From positions 1 to 34,857 of the forward strand of contig JANNOT010000278.1 in the NCBI GenBank assembly GCA_031399375.1: DNA of 34,857 nt. The letters are read 5' to 3'. The notes below the pieces were generated by a model that had not been told where the DNA came from, made no database searches, and saw nothing but the letters and a program-made list of their open reading frames with translations. Below are positions 1 to 8,044 of the stretch, in pieces. The translations under genes were made by a program, and so were the position numbers. Position 1 is the first letter of the stretch, and each line of letters opens with the position of its first letter. The stretch is from Paraoceanicella sp. (GTDB lineage: Bacteria; Pseudomonadota; Alphaproteobacteria; Rhodobacterales; Rhodobacteraceae).

Positions 1-2019
1 GACGATGCGGGTGAACGCCTCGCCCCGCGACATCGCATCGATCACGCGGGCATTGTATCCGTCGATGTTGCGCACGCCGAGCTTGGACATCTTGCGGTAG
101 CGCTCCTCCATCTCCGCCACCACCCATTTGAGGGCCACGACGGCCTTCTTGGGGTCCGTCACCACGGGCGAGAGCAGGTGGGGGATGCCGTCATAGACCG
201 AGAGCTCGAGCATCTTGGGGTCGATCATGATCAGCCGGCATTCCTTCGGGCTGAGCCGATAGAGAAGGCTGAGGATCATGGTGTTGATCGCCACCGACTT
301 GCCCGACCCGGTGGTGCCCGCGATCAGGAGGTGCGGCATCCGGGCGAGGTTGGCCACGACCGGCTCGCCGCCGATATCCTTGCCGAGCGCCAGCGGCAGG
401 CGGTGCGCGCTGTCGCCGAAGGCGCGCGAGGCGAGGATCTCGCGCAGGAGCACCCGTTCGCGCCGCGCGTTCGGCAGCTCGATCCCGATCACCGACCGGC
501 CGGGCACGGTCGCGATGCGCGCGGACAGCGCCGACATGGACCGCGCGATGTCGTCGGCCAGCCCGATGACCCGGCTCGCCTTCAGCCCCGGGGCGGGTTC
601 GAGCTCGTAGAGCGTGACCACCGGGCCGGGGCGCACGGCCGTGATCTCACCCCGGATGCCGTAGTCGTCGAGCACGCCCTCCAGCAGGCGGGCGTTCTCC
701 TCCAGCGCCTCCTCGGGCATGGTATGGCGCACGATCTCGGTCGGCGCGGTCAGGAGCGACAGGGGCGGAGCATCGTAGGGCACCGCTTCGGCATCGCCGA
801 GGGCGAGGCGCGGCTGCGCTTCCTCCTGCGCCTTGCGGCTCGGGGCCGGGGGGCGGGGCGGGCGGTGCTGGACGATGGGGCGGGGGGTCTCGAGCCCGTC
901 CTCGCCCGAGGCGGGACCGAGTAGCGGCGGCAGGTCGGCCGCGTCCTCGTCATCGTCGCCAAGCGCCGGCGCGAAGGGCGCGGCGGTCACCACAGGCTCG
1001 CGCCGGGGCGGCCGGGCCTGCGCAGGCAGGACCGCGGATGCGGGACCAGGCAGGGCCGCGTCGGCCCGAAGCCGGGGCCGAGGCGGAGCCGCCACAGGCG
1101 CCGCGCCGTCCGTTGCCCCGCCTGCCACCACACCATCTGCGACCCCGTCGGCCGCCCGCTGGCGTGCCTGGACGGCCCGGGCGATGCGGGCCATCAACTG
1201 GTCGTCATCGGGCCGGTCCTGCTGCCCCGCCAACCGGTCCGGGGCCTGCGCCATCCGGGCCTCGGCCGACCGCGCCAGCCGCTGGGCCGCGCGCACCTCG
1301 CGCCGGGCGATCCTGCGGGCGCGCAGGGCGGCCCCCCCCGCGGACGCACCGGCCAGGGCACCGAAGCCGAGCGCGCGCAGGAGCCGCAGCAGAACCCAGG
1401 CCAGCGCGCGCAACCCGCGCAGGACGATCCGGGCGAGCCCCCGGAACTCCCCCCCGTTCAGCCCAAGCCCGAGCGCCAGCACCAGCACCACCCCCGGCGC
1501 CATGGCGAGGGTCACGAGCTTCAGCGCCGCCCCGGGCTCGCCCGGGACCACGCGCAGCGCCTCGCCCAAAAGCGCGTCCCCAACCATGCCGCCCAGGCCG
1601 AAGCTGTGCGGCCATCCGCCCGGCGGGACATGGGTCGAGAGGAACATGGCGAGCGCGAGCAGGCCGAGGACGGCGAGGAGGAGGCGCGAGAGCACGCGTT
1701 CCTCGCCCCGGTGGACGATGAGGCGCCCGCCCCAGACCAGGAACGCGACCGGAAGCCCCGCCGCCGCCCAGCCCATCGCCACGACCAGCGCCCCTGCCAC
1801 ATGCGCCCCCGCGACACCGAGCAGGTTCTGCGGCGCCGTACCGGTCGCGTGGAACGGCGACGGGTCGGCGGCGGAATAGGACACGAGCATCGCGGCGAAC
1901 ACCCCGCCGAGGGCGGCGAGGGCGAGTCCGATCGCCTCCATCCCGCGCCGGCGCAGGCTTTCCTGGGTGCGTGCATCGACCATCGGCTCTGTCCGCGCGC
2001 GGTTGAACACCAGCGTCAT
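1..2019 (-). CDS. ftsK: DNA translocase FtsK (3' end outside the window)
   Basis: My translation from ATG 2019 (MTLVFNRARTEPMVDARTQESLRRRGMEAIGL...) gives N-terminal TM helices, an Ala/Pro-rich linker and a motor domain with MPHLLIAGTTGSGKSVAINTMILS (Walker A) and IMIDPKMLELSVYDGIPHLL. The start and the motor motifs are in the same frame. It is absent from the ORF track, consistent with no stop before the edge. ATGA overlap with the upstream aminotransferase. Confidence 0.95.
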   Translation of the reverse strand, partial: MTLVFNRARTEPMVDARTQESLRRRGMEAIGLALAALGGVFAAMLVSYSAADPSPFHATGTAPQNLLGVAGAHVAGALVVAMGWAAAGLPVAFLVWGGRLIVHRGEERVLSRLLLAVLGLLALAMFLSTHVPPGGWPHSFGLGGMVGDALLGEALRVVPGEPGAALKLVTLAMAPGVVLVLALGLGLNGGEFRGLARIVLRGLRALAWVLLRLLRALGFGALAGASAGGAALRARRIARREVRAAQRLARSAEARMAQAPDRLAGQQDRPDDDQLMARIARAVQARQRAADGVADGVVAGGATDGAAPVAAPPRPRLRADAALPGPASAVLPAQARPPRREPVVTAAPFAPALGDDDEDAADLPPLLGPASGEDGLETPRPIVQHRPPRPPAPSRKAQEEAQPRLALGDAEAVPYDAPPLSLLTAPTEIVRHTMPEEALEENARLLEGVLDDYGIRGEITAVRPGPVVTLYELEPAPGLKASRVIGLADDIARSMSALSARIATVPGRSVIGIELPNARRERVLLREILASRAFGDSAHRLPLALGKDIGGEPVVANLARMPHLLIAGTTGSGKSVAINTMILSLLYRLSPKECRLIMIDPKMLELSVYDGIPHLLSPVVTDPKKAVVALKWVVAEMEERYRKMSKLGVRNIDGYNARVIDAMSRGEAFTRIV

Positions 2020-3203
2020 GCCCCTGCCCCCAGAACATCGCGGATGGCGGTCAGGCCCCGCTCGACCTCTGCCGCCGGGGCGACGAGCGCCACGCGGACA
2101 TACCCCGCCCCCGGATCCCCGCCACCGACGCGGGGATCGGCGGGGCGCGACAGGTACGAGCCCGGCAGGACCCGCACCCCCGCTTCGCTCCAGAGGGCCC
2201 GCGTTGCCGCGACATCGTCGGGCACCGCGAGCCACAGAAAGAAGCCCGCCCGCGGCGCCTGGTAGCCCGACAGGTTGCCGAGGATCCGGTCGGCGAGGGC
2301 GAATTTCTCGCAATAGAGCGCGCGGCTTTCATCCACATGCGCCTCGTCCGACCAGCAGGCCGCGGCGGCGTGCTGGGCGGGCAACGGCAGCGGCGCCCCG
2401 GCATAGGACCGCAGCCGCCGCAGCGCGGACACGTTGCGCGCGCCCGACGCCAGAAAGCCAGAGCGCAGACCCGGCAGGGACGACCGTTTGGAGAGCGAAT
2501 GGAACGCCACCACCCGCTCCCGATCGCCCCCCGCCTGGAGCGCGCCGGGGGGCGGGGTGTCGCGCCAGATCTCGGAATAGCATTCGTCGGCAAAGATGCG
2601 GAAATCGTGCCGTTCGGCCAGGTCGACAAGCGCCGACCAGTAGGCGGCATCGGCCACCGCCCCCTGCGGATTGGCGGGCGAGCACATGTAGACCGCCTCG
2701 GTCCGGTCGAGCAGGTCGCGGGGCACGGCGTGGAAATCGGGCAGGAAGCCGGTGGCGGGCCCCGCGGGCACATAGACCGGCTCCGCCCCCGCCGTCAGGG
2801 CCGCCACCGCATAACACTGGTAGAACGGATTGGGCAGCAGCACGACGGGCCGCGCCCCCCGCTTCTCTTCCGCCACAAGCGCGAGACAGGCGGCAAAGAG
2901 CCCCTCGCGCGTGCCGTTCAGCGGAAAGATCTCCGTGCCCGGATCGTAGCTGACCCCGTAGCGGCGGGCGAGCCAGGCCGCGATGGCCGCGAGCAGCGCG
3001 GGGTGGCCGTCATTGGGGGGATAGACGCCGTACTCACCGGCATGGGCCGCCAGAACCTCGGCCAGGAATGGCGGCGGGGCATGGGTCGGCTCGCCGATCG
3101 ACATGGACACGGGCGCCGCACCGGGGGTCAGCCCGTCGAGCAGCGCGCGCAGGCGCGGAAAGGCATAGTCCGGCAACTCTGCGTACCGGGCGGGAAACTG
3201 CAT
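2016..3203 (-). CDS. dapC: PLP-dependent aminotransferase class I/II, probably N-succinyldiaminopimelate aminotransferase (DapC-like)
   Basis: Likely start MQFPARYAELPDYAFPRLRALL. Motifs SIGEP, PNPFYQCY, CSPANPQG, ADECYSEI and FHSLSKRSSLPGLRSG (PLP lysine). Translationally coupled to ftsK. Confidence 0.82.
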   Translation of the reverse strand: MQFPARYAELPDYAFPRLRALLDGLTPGAAPVSMSIGEPTHAPPPFLAEVLAAHAGEYGVYPPNDGHPALLAAIAAWLARRYGVSYDPGTEIFPLNGTREGLFAACLALVAEEKRGARPVVLLPNPFYQCYAVAALTAGAEPVYVPAGPATGFLPDFHAVPRDLLDRTEAVYMCSPANPQGAVADAAYWSALVDLAERHDFRIFADECYSEIWRDTPPPGALQAGGDRERVVAFHSLSKRSSLPGLRSGFLASGARNVSALRRLRSYAGAPLPLPAQHAAAACWSDEAHVDESRALYCEKFALADRILGNLSGYQAPRAGFFLWLAVPDDVAATRALWSEAGVRVLPGSYLSRPADPRVGGGDPGAGYVRVALVAPAAEVERGLTAIRDVLGAGA

Positions 3204-3382
3204 CGCACAAGGCCTCAATCCCGGTCGTCTGGCGCGACCAGTTCGAGACAAAGAGTAGCGGTCATGGGGGTCCAGGTCCAGCGATTGCGGGGACCTGGAG
3301 CGCGCGGAATGCGGACAACCCGCGGCTTCACACCGCCGGGCGGCGGGTCTAGTCTCGGGGTCCGTCGCAGAGGAGGACCCCC

Positions 3383-4255
3383 ATGGCATTCGGCACGCGC
3401 ATCCGCACGTTCTTCGAGGGCAGATGGCATGATGGCAATGTCGCCATCCTGCGGGCCGCCGACCACGGGGCTTGGCAGGGCACGATGGTCTTTGACGGGG
3501 CGCGGGCATTCGACGGGGTGACGCCGGATCTCGACCTCCACTGCGCCCGCATCCTGCGCTCGGCGGCAGCGATGGGGCTGGAAGCGAAGGTGACGGCCGA
3601 GGAGATCCACGCCATCGCGCTCGACGGCCTGCGTCCCTACCCCGCCAGTACCGCCGTCTACGTCCGGCCCATGATGTGGTCCCAGGACGGGGCGCCGGGC
3701 TATGTGGCCCCCGATCCCGCCTCCACCGCCTTCGCGCTCTGCCTCGAGGACATCCCGCTTGCCCCCGTCGCGGGGCTCAGCCTCACCGTGTCGCCCTATC
3801 TCCGCCCCCACCCGATGGCGGGGCTGACAGACGCGAAATGTGGCGCGCTCTATGCCAATGCGGGGCGGCTCCTGCGCGAGGCGAAGGCGCGAGGCTTCGA
3901 CAATGCGCTGTCGCTCGACCATACCGGCCATGTGGCGGAAACCGCGACGACGAACGTGTTTGCGGTGCGCGACGGGGTGGTGACCACCCCGGTGCCCAAT
4001 GGCACGTTCCTCGACGGCATTACCCGGCAGCGGGTCATCTCGCTGTTGCGCGGCGAGGGGGTCGAGGTGCGTGAGGTCGCGATGACCGTGGCCGATTTCG
4101 CGGGCGTGGACGAGATCTTCCTGACCGGCAACGCCAACAAGGTCATGCCCGTGACCCGGTTCGAGGACCGCGCCCTGCCGATCGGGCGGGTCTTCACCCT
4201 CGCGCGGTCGCTCTATTGGGACTTCGCCCACCAGACCCGGGCCGCGGCGCAATGA
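3383..4255 (+). CDS. ilvE: Branched-chain amino acid aminotransferase (class IV PLP)
   Basis: Motifs VFDGARAF, LDLHCAR, YVRPM, AK..LY (PLP Lys), ETATTNVF, FLDGITRQRV and EIFLTGN. Strong AGGAGG RBS upstream. Confidence 0.85.
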   Translation: MAFGTRIRTFFEGRWHDGNVAILRAADHGAWQGTMVFDGARAFDGVTPDLDLHCARILRSAAAMGLEAKVTAEEIHAIALDGLRPYPASTAVYVRPMMWSQDGAPGYVAPDPASTAFALCLEDIPLAPVAGLSLTVSPYLRPHPMAGLTDAKCGALYANAGRLLREAKARGFDNALSLDHTGHVAETATTNVFAVRDGVVTTPVPNGTFLDGITRQRVISLLRGEGVEVREVAMTVADFAGVDEIFLTGNANKVMPVTRFEDRALPIGRVFTLARSLYWDFAHQTRAAAQ

Positions 4256-5241
4256 TCACCATGCGTGCGGTCGAGATCACCCGCCCCGGCCCGCCGGACG
4301 TGCTGGTGGCGGGAACGCGGCCGGTGCCGGAACTGGGATACGGCGAGATTCTGATCCGCGTCCATGCCGCGGGCGTGAACCGTCCCGACTGTCTCCAGCG
4401 GGCCGGCGCCTATGCCCCGCCGCCGGGCGCCTCGGACCTGCCGGGGCTAGAGGCGGCGGGCGAGGTCGCAGGCATAGGCCCCGGCGTCACGGACTGGGCC
4501 GTGGGGGACCGGGTCTGCGCCCTACTGCCGGGCGGGGGCTATGCGGATTACGCCGTGACCCAGGCGACCCATGCCCTGCCGATCCCCGCACCCCTGTCGA
4601 TGATCGAGGCGGCCGCGCTCTGCGAGACGTTCTTCACCGTCTGGACCAACGTGTTCGATCGGGCCGGGCTGCAGGCGGGCGAGAGCTTTCTTGTCCATGG
4701 CGGCTCGTCGGGGATCGGGACGACCGCGATCCAGCTCGCCCACGCCTTCGGCGCACGGGTGTTCACGACCGCGGGTTCGGCCGAGAAATGCGTGGCCTGC
4801 GAGGCGCTGGGGGCGGAGCTCGCGGTCAATTACCGCGAGCGCGACTTTGTCGCCGAGGTTCAGGATGCGACCGGCGGGCGCGGCGTGGATGTGATCCTCG
4901 ACATGGTGGGGGGCAGCTACCTGCCCCGCAACCTCAAGGCGCTGGCAGAGGATGGGCGGCTGGTCCAGATCGCGTTCCTTGAGGGGCCGAAGGTCGAGGT
5001 GAACTTCGCCCCCCTGATGGTCCGCCGCCTGACCATCACCGGCTCCACCCTACGCCCGCGCAGCATCGAGGCAAAGACAGCGATCGCCACCGCGCTGCGT
5101 GCCCGGGTCTGGCCGCTGCTGGAGGCGGGACGGATCCGCCCCGTGATGGACCGCACCTATCCCCTGGCCGAGGCGGCGGCGGCCCATGCGCGGATGGAGG
5201 GGTCAGGCCATATCGGCAAGATCGTCCTGACGCTGGTCTGA
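4252..5241 (+). CDS. NAD(P)H-quinone oxidoreductase, PIG3/zeta-crystallin (MDR) family
   Basis: Motifs AAGVNRPDCLQRAG, PGLEAAG, LVHGGSSGIGT, GSTLRPR and HIGKIVL. ATGA overlap with ilvE. Confidence 0.92.
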   Translation: MITMRAVEITRPGPPDVLVAGTRPVPELGYGEILIRVHAAGVNRPDCLQRAGAYAPPPGASDLPGLEAAGEVAGIGPGVTDWAVGDRVCALLPGGGYADYAVTQATHALPIPAPLSMIEAAALCETFFTVWTNVFDRAGLQAGESFLVHGGSSGIGTTAIQLAHAFGARVFTTAGSAEKCVACEALGAELAVNYRERDFVAEVQDATGGRGVDVILDMVGGSYLPRNLKALAEDGRLVQIAFLEGPKVEVNFAPLMVRRLTITGSTLRPRSIEAKTAIATALRARVWPLLEAGRIRPVMDRTYPLAEAAAAHARMEGSGHIGKIVLTLV

Positions 5242-5427
5242 ACGGGGCGGCGACCTGCGGCCGATCTGGTCGGCGATCGCGCGCAATGCCGCGGCGAGGT
5301 GGTGGGCCGAGGCCGTGCACCCGATCTCCTCCGCCTCGGTGGCGGCCCAGATCAGCATGCGCGTCAGCGTCAGCCGACGCATCGCCGCACGGCTGACCCG
5401 CGCGTCATCCGATAAACCCTTGGTCAT
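5203..5427 (-). CDS. Small hypothetical protein (74 aa)
   Basis: MTKGLSDDARVSRAAMRRLTLTRMLIWAATEAEEIGCTASAHHLAAALRAIADQIG... Preceded by a GGGGAGGG RBS, fills an otherwise empty gap and has a helical pattern. Its 3' end overlaps the convergent oxidoreductase by 39 nt. Confidence 0.55.
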   Translation of the reverse strand: MTKGLSDDARVSRAAMRRLTLTRMLIWAATEAEEIGCTASAHHLAAALRAIADQIGRRSPPRSDQRQDDLADMA

Positions 5428-5497
5428 GCAACCCTCCCCGACACCGCAACACGGGGGCACATCCGGCCCTGCAACGGCGCTTACCTGCACGGGACGT

Positions 5498-5515
5498 GGT
5501 TAAGCCGTGGTAACC
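5498..5515. promoter_or_regulatory. Inverted repeat GGTTA-N8-TAACC, CtrA-like site
   Basis: Sequence ggttaagccgtggtaacc; the minus strand reads GTTA-N7-TTAAC, versus the CtrA consensus TTAA-N7-TTAA(C). Lies about 70 bp upstream of the 5427 start. Confidence 0.4.
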
Positions 5516-5524
5516 GCGCGCTCC

Positions 5525-6160
5525 CTACCGGATCGGCGGAACGGCGATGCGGGGCTGGCTGCAATCGCGGGAGACATCGGCGGCGCAGGCACGGGGGGCG
5601 AGGTCGCGGGTCAGGCAGACCCGCAGCTCCGCCACTGCCCCGCCCTGGCAGGTCACCGTGACGCCCGCAGCCGAGAGCGAGGGATTGGCCGCGAGCACCG
5701 CCGCCTCGATCTCGCGCGGGGCGACCTGCCGGGGCGTGGTCGGCGCGGCCAGCAGCGGCGGGACCCGGACCGCGGCAAAGGACCGGCGTGCCGCGGCGAA
5801 ATAGGCCCGCGGGTCGAGGCCCGCACAGCGCCCATGCTTCTGCCACTGGTACCGGGCGAGCCCGCCGCTGCCCATCACGTCCGCCATCGCCGCGGTCTCG
5901 GCCCGGGTCGGGTCGCGCATCCCGGTGCGGCAATAGCTCGGCCAGCCCGCCTCGTATTGCGGCCAGAGGCCGTGGAGCACGAGGCCGCGCCCCGAACCGC
6001 GGTCGCATTCGGGGGCGTCCTCCGCGTCGCCCTCGCGCGCGCACCAGCTCGGCGACCAGCTGAGCGCAAGGACGTAGTAGTCAAAATCCCCGGCCCGCTC
6101 GCCCTCCGCCTCCGCGCGCACGGCCATGAGGCCGAGGAGAAGGACGAGGACGCGCCGCAT
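5525..6160 (-). CDS. Ribonuclease T2 family protein, secreted/periplasmic
   Basis: Signal-peptide-like N-terminus, FDYYVLALSWSP.WC, CAS I LHGLWPQ, CAS II QWQKHG.C, and ELRVCL. Confidence 0.92.
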   Translation of the reverse strand: MRRVLVLLLGLMAVRAEAEGERAGDFDYYVLALSWSPSWCAREGDAEDAPECDRGSGRGLVLHGLWPQYEAGWPSYCRTGMRDPTRAETAAMADVMGSGGLARYQWQKHGRCAGLDPRAYFAAARRSFAAVRVPPLLAAPTTPRQVAPREIEAAVLAANPSLSAAGVTVTCQGGAVAELRVCLTRDLAPRACAADVSRDCSQPRIAVPPIR

Positions 6161-6168
6161 GATACCCC

Positions 6169-6197
6169 TTCCACCCCCCGGGCTTTGGGCCTATATA
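6169..6197 (+). promoter_or_regulatory. Putative sigma70-type promoter for trcR
   Basis: TTCCAC-N17-TATATA in the divergent intergenic region; pattern match only. Confidence 0.35.
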
Positions 6198-6301
6198 GCG
6201 GCTTGATCCCCCTCTCGGAAACAGTCGTCGCGCGCCGCGCCCCCGGTTTTCGCAGTCGGGCGAAGCCTTGTTCGGACCCTTGCGAAAGACGGGAGCGCCC
6301 C

Positions 6302-7093
6302 ATGACCCTGCCCCTGATGCCGAAGGCCACCGCGGTGTGGCTGGTGGAAAACACGACGCTCAGCTTTGCGCAGATCGGGGCGTTCTGCGGGCTGCACGAG
6401 CTTGAGGTCAACGGCATCGCCGACGGCGAGGTGGCGCAGGGCATGAAGGGGTTCGACCCCGTCGTGAACAACCAACTGACGCTCGCCGAGATCCGGCGCT
6501 GCGAGGGCGACACCTCGGCGCGCCTGAAGCTGAAGTACAACGCCGCCGCCGAGGGCGAGGCCAAGCGCAAGGGGCCGCGCTACACCCCCCTCAGCAAGCG
6601 CCAGGATCGCCCCGCCGCCATCGTCTGGCTGGTGAAATACCACCCCGAGCTCGCCGACAGCCAGATCGCAAAGCTCGTGGGCACCACCAAGCCCACGATC
6701 CAGACCATCCGCGACCGCAGCCACTGGAACATCGCCAACATCCAGCCCGTGGATCCGGTGGCGCTCGGCATGTGCAAGCAGTCCGAGCTTGACGACGCCG
6801 TGCGCAAGGCAGGCGCCAAGAAGGCCGCGGCCCAGGAGGCACTGCTGACGCCCGAGGAGCGGATGCGCCTGCTCACGACCGCCCAGTCGCTGAAGGTGCC
6901 TGTGGAGCCGCGTCTGCCCCCCTCCATGAGCGGGCTCGAGAACTTCTCCATGACCGATCCGCGCCACGATCCCCGGGATACCGACGCACCCGAAGATGGC
7001 CGGGGCGAGGGTCGGGGCGATGGGGCGCTGATCGACGCCGACAGCTTCTTCAACCTGCCGCGCGACGACGAGCCCGACGACCAGCCACGCTGA
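6302..7093 (+). CDS. trcR: DUF1013 family cell-cycle transcriptional regulator TrcR
   Basis: PLMPKATAVWLVENTTLSF.QI..FCGLHELEV.GIADGEVA, KGPRYTPLSKRQDRP and LVGTTKPTIQ.IRDRSHWN, characteristic of alphaproteobacterial DUF1013. GGGAG RBS before ATG 6302. Confidence 0.92.
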   Translation: MTLPLMPKATAVWLVENTTLSFAQIGAFCGLHELEVNGIADGEVAQGMKGFDPVVNNQLTLAEIRRCEGDTSARLKLKYNAAAEGEAKRKGPRYTPLSKRQDRPAAIVWLVKYHPELADSQIAKLVGTTKPTIQTIRDRSHWNIANIQPVDPVALGMCKQSELDDAVRKAGAKKAAAQEALLTPEERMRLLTTAQSLKVPVEPRLPPSMSGLENFSMTDPRHDPRDTDAPEDGRGEGRGDGALIDADSFFNLPRDDEPDDQPR

Positions 7094-7111
7094 TCGCCGC
7101 GCACCGCGCCG

Positions 7112-8041
7112 ATGGACGGGCTGCGCCCTCCCCAGCCGCGCTCGTCCCTGCGCCAGAACCGCGGGCCGGGCCTGTCTGACAACATGCGTGGCGCCGCGTT
7201 CATGGCGACGGCGATGGCGGGGTTCACGTTCAACGACGCCCTGATGAAGCATGTGCTGGGCGAGATGGGCGTGTTCCAGGCGATGCTCCTGCGCGGGATC
7301 GCCGCGACCTTGATCATCGCGGTGCTGGCCTGGCGGCAGGGTGCACTCGCGGCACTGCCGCCGCGGCGCGAGCGCGCCCGGATCGCCTGGCGCTCGCTGG
7401 GCGAGATCGGGGCGACGGTCCTCTTCCTGTCGGCGCTTGCGCTGCTGCCCTTTGCGACCACCTCGGCGATCATCCAGGCGCTGCCGCTCGCGGTGACGCT
7501 GGCCGCGGCCGCGTTCCTGGGCGAGCCTGTGGGGATCAGGCGGCTCGGGGCCATCGTGGCGGGGTTTTGCGGCGTGCTCCTGATCGTGCGGCCGGGCACG
7601 GACGGGTTCAACGCCGCGGCGCTTCTGGCACTCGGCTCGGTCGCCTGCATCGTGCTGCGCGATCTGGCCACCCGGGGGCTGGCAGAGGGGACGCCCTCGC
7701 TTCTCGTCGCCCTTGCGACCGCGGTCACGATCACCCTGACGGGCGGCATCGGGACGCTGGTGGCCGAGACCTGGGTGCCCGTAACGCCGGTGCTCGCCGT
7801 CTCGCTCCTTATCGCAGCAGGGTTCCTGATCGTGGGATATCTTTTCAGCGTCAAGGCGATGCGGGTGGGCGACATCGACGCCGTCGCCCCGTTCCGCTAC
7901 ACCGCCCTGGTCTGGGCCATGCTCATCGGGCTCTTCGTCTTCGGCGAGATACCCGACGCCTGGATGCTGGCCGGCAGCGCCGTGATCGTCGCGGCCGGGC
8001 TCTTCACCCTCGCCCGCGGACAGGGCACGCCGCCGGCCTAA
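7112..8041 (+). CDS. DMT/EamA family transporter
   Basis: About 10 hydrophobic helices; FLGEPVG.RR, GVLLIVRPG, VAPFRYT.LVW and FGEIP. The start could be 7184. Confidence 0.9.
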   Translation: MDGLRPPQPRSSLRQNRGPGLSDNMRGAAFMATAMAGFTFNDALMKHVLGEMGVFQAMLLRGIAATLIIAVLAWRQGALAALPPRRERARIAWRSLGEIGATVLFLSALALLPFATTSAIIQALPLAVTLAAAAFLGEPVGIRRLGAIVAGFCGVLLIVRPGTDGFNAAALLALGSVACIVLRDLATRGLAEGTPSLLVALATAVTITLTGGIGTLVAETWVPVTPVLAVSLLIAAGFLIVGYLFSVKAMRVGDIDAVAPFRYTALVWAMLIGLFVFGEIPDAWMLAGSAVIVAAGLFTLARGQGTPPA

Positions 8042-8044
8042 GCC

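Noticed and set aside
750-1330. Low-complexity GC-rich stretch suggesting a repeat or insertion
   Set aside because: It is the in-frame Ala/Pro/Asp-rich FtsK linker, and I saw no discrete repeat unit.
5507-6301. Long N-terminal extensions in the ORF track (trcR from 5507, and likewise ribokinase, lactonase, hutF, kdpE, dapC and agmatinase)
   Set aside because: The extensions overlap neighbouring genes; family motifs and RBS or coupling signals point to the downstream starts used here.
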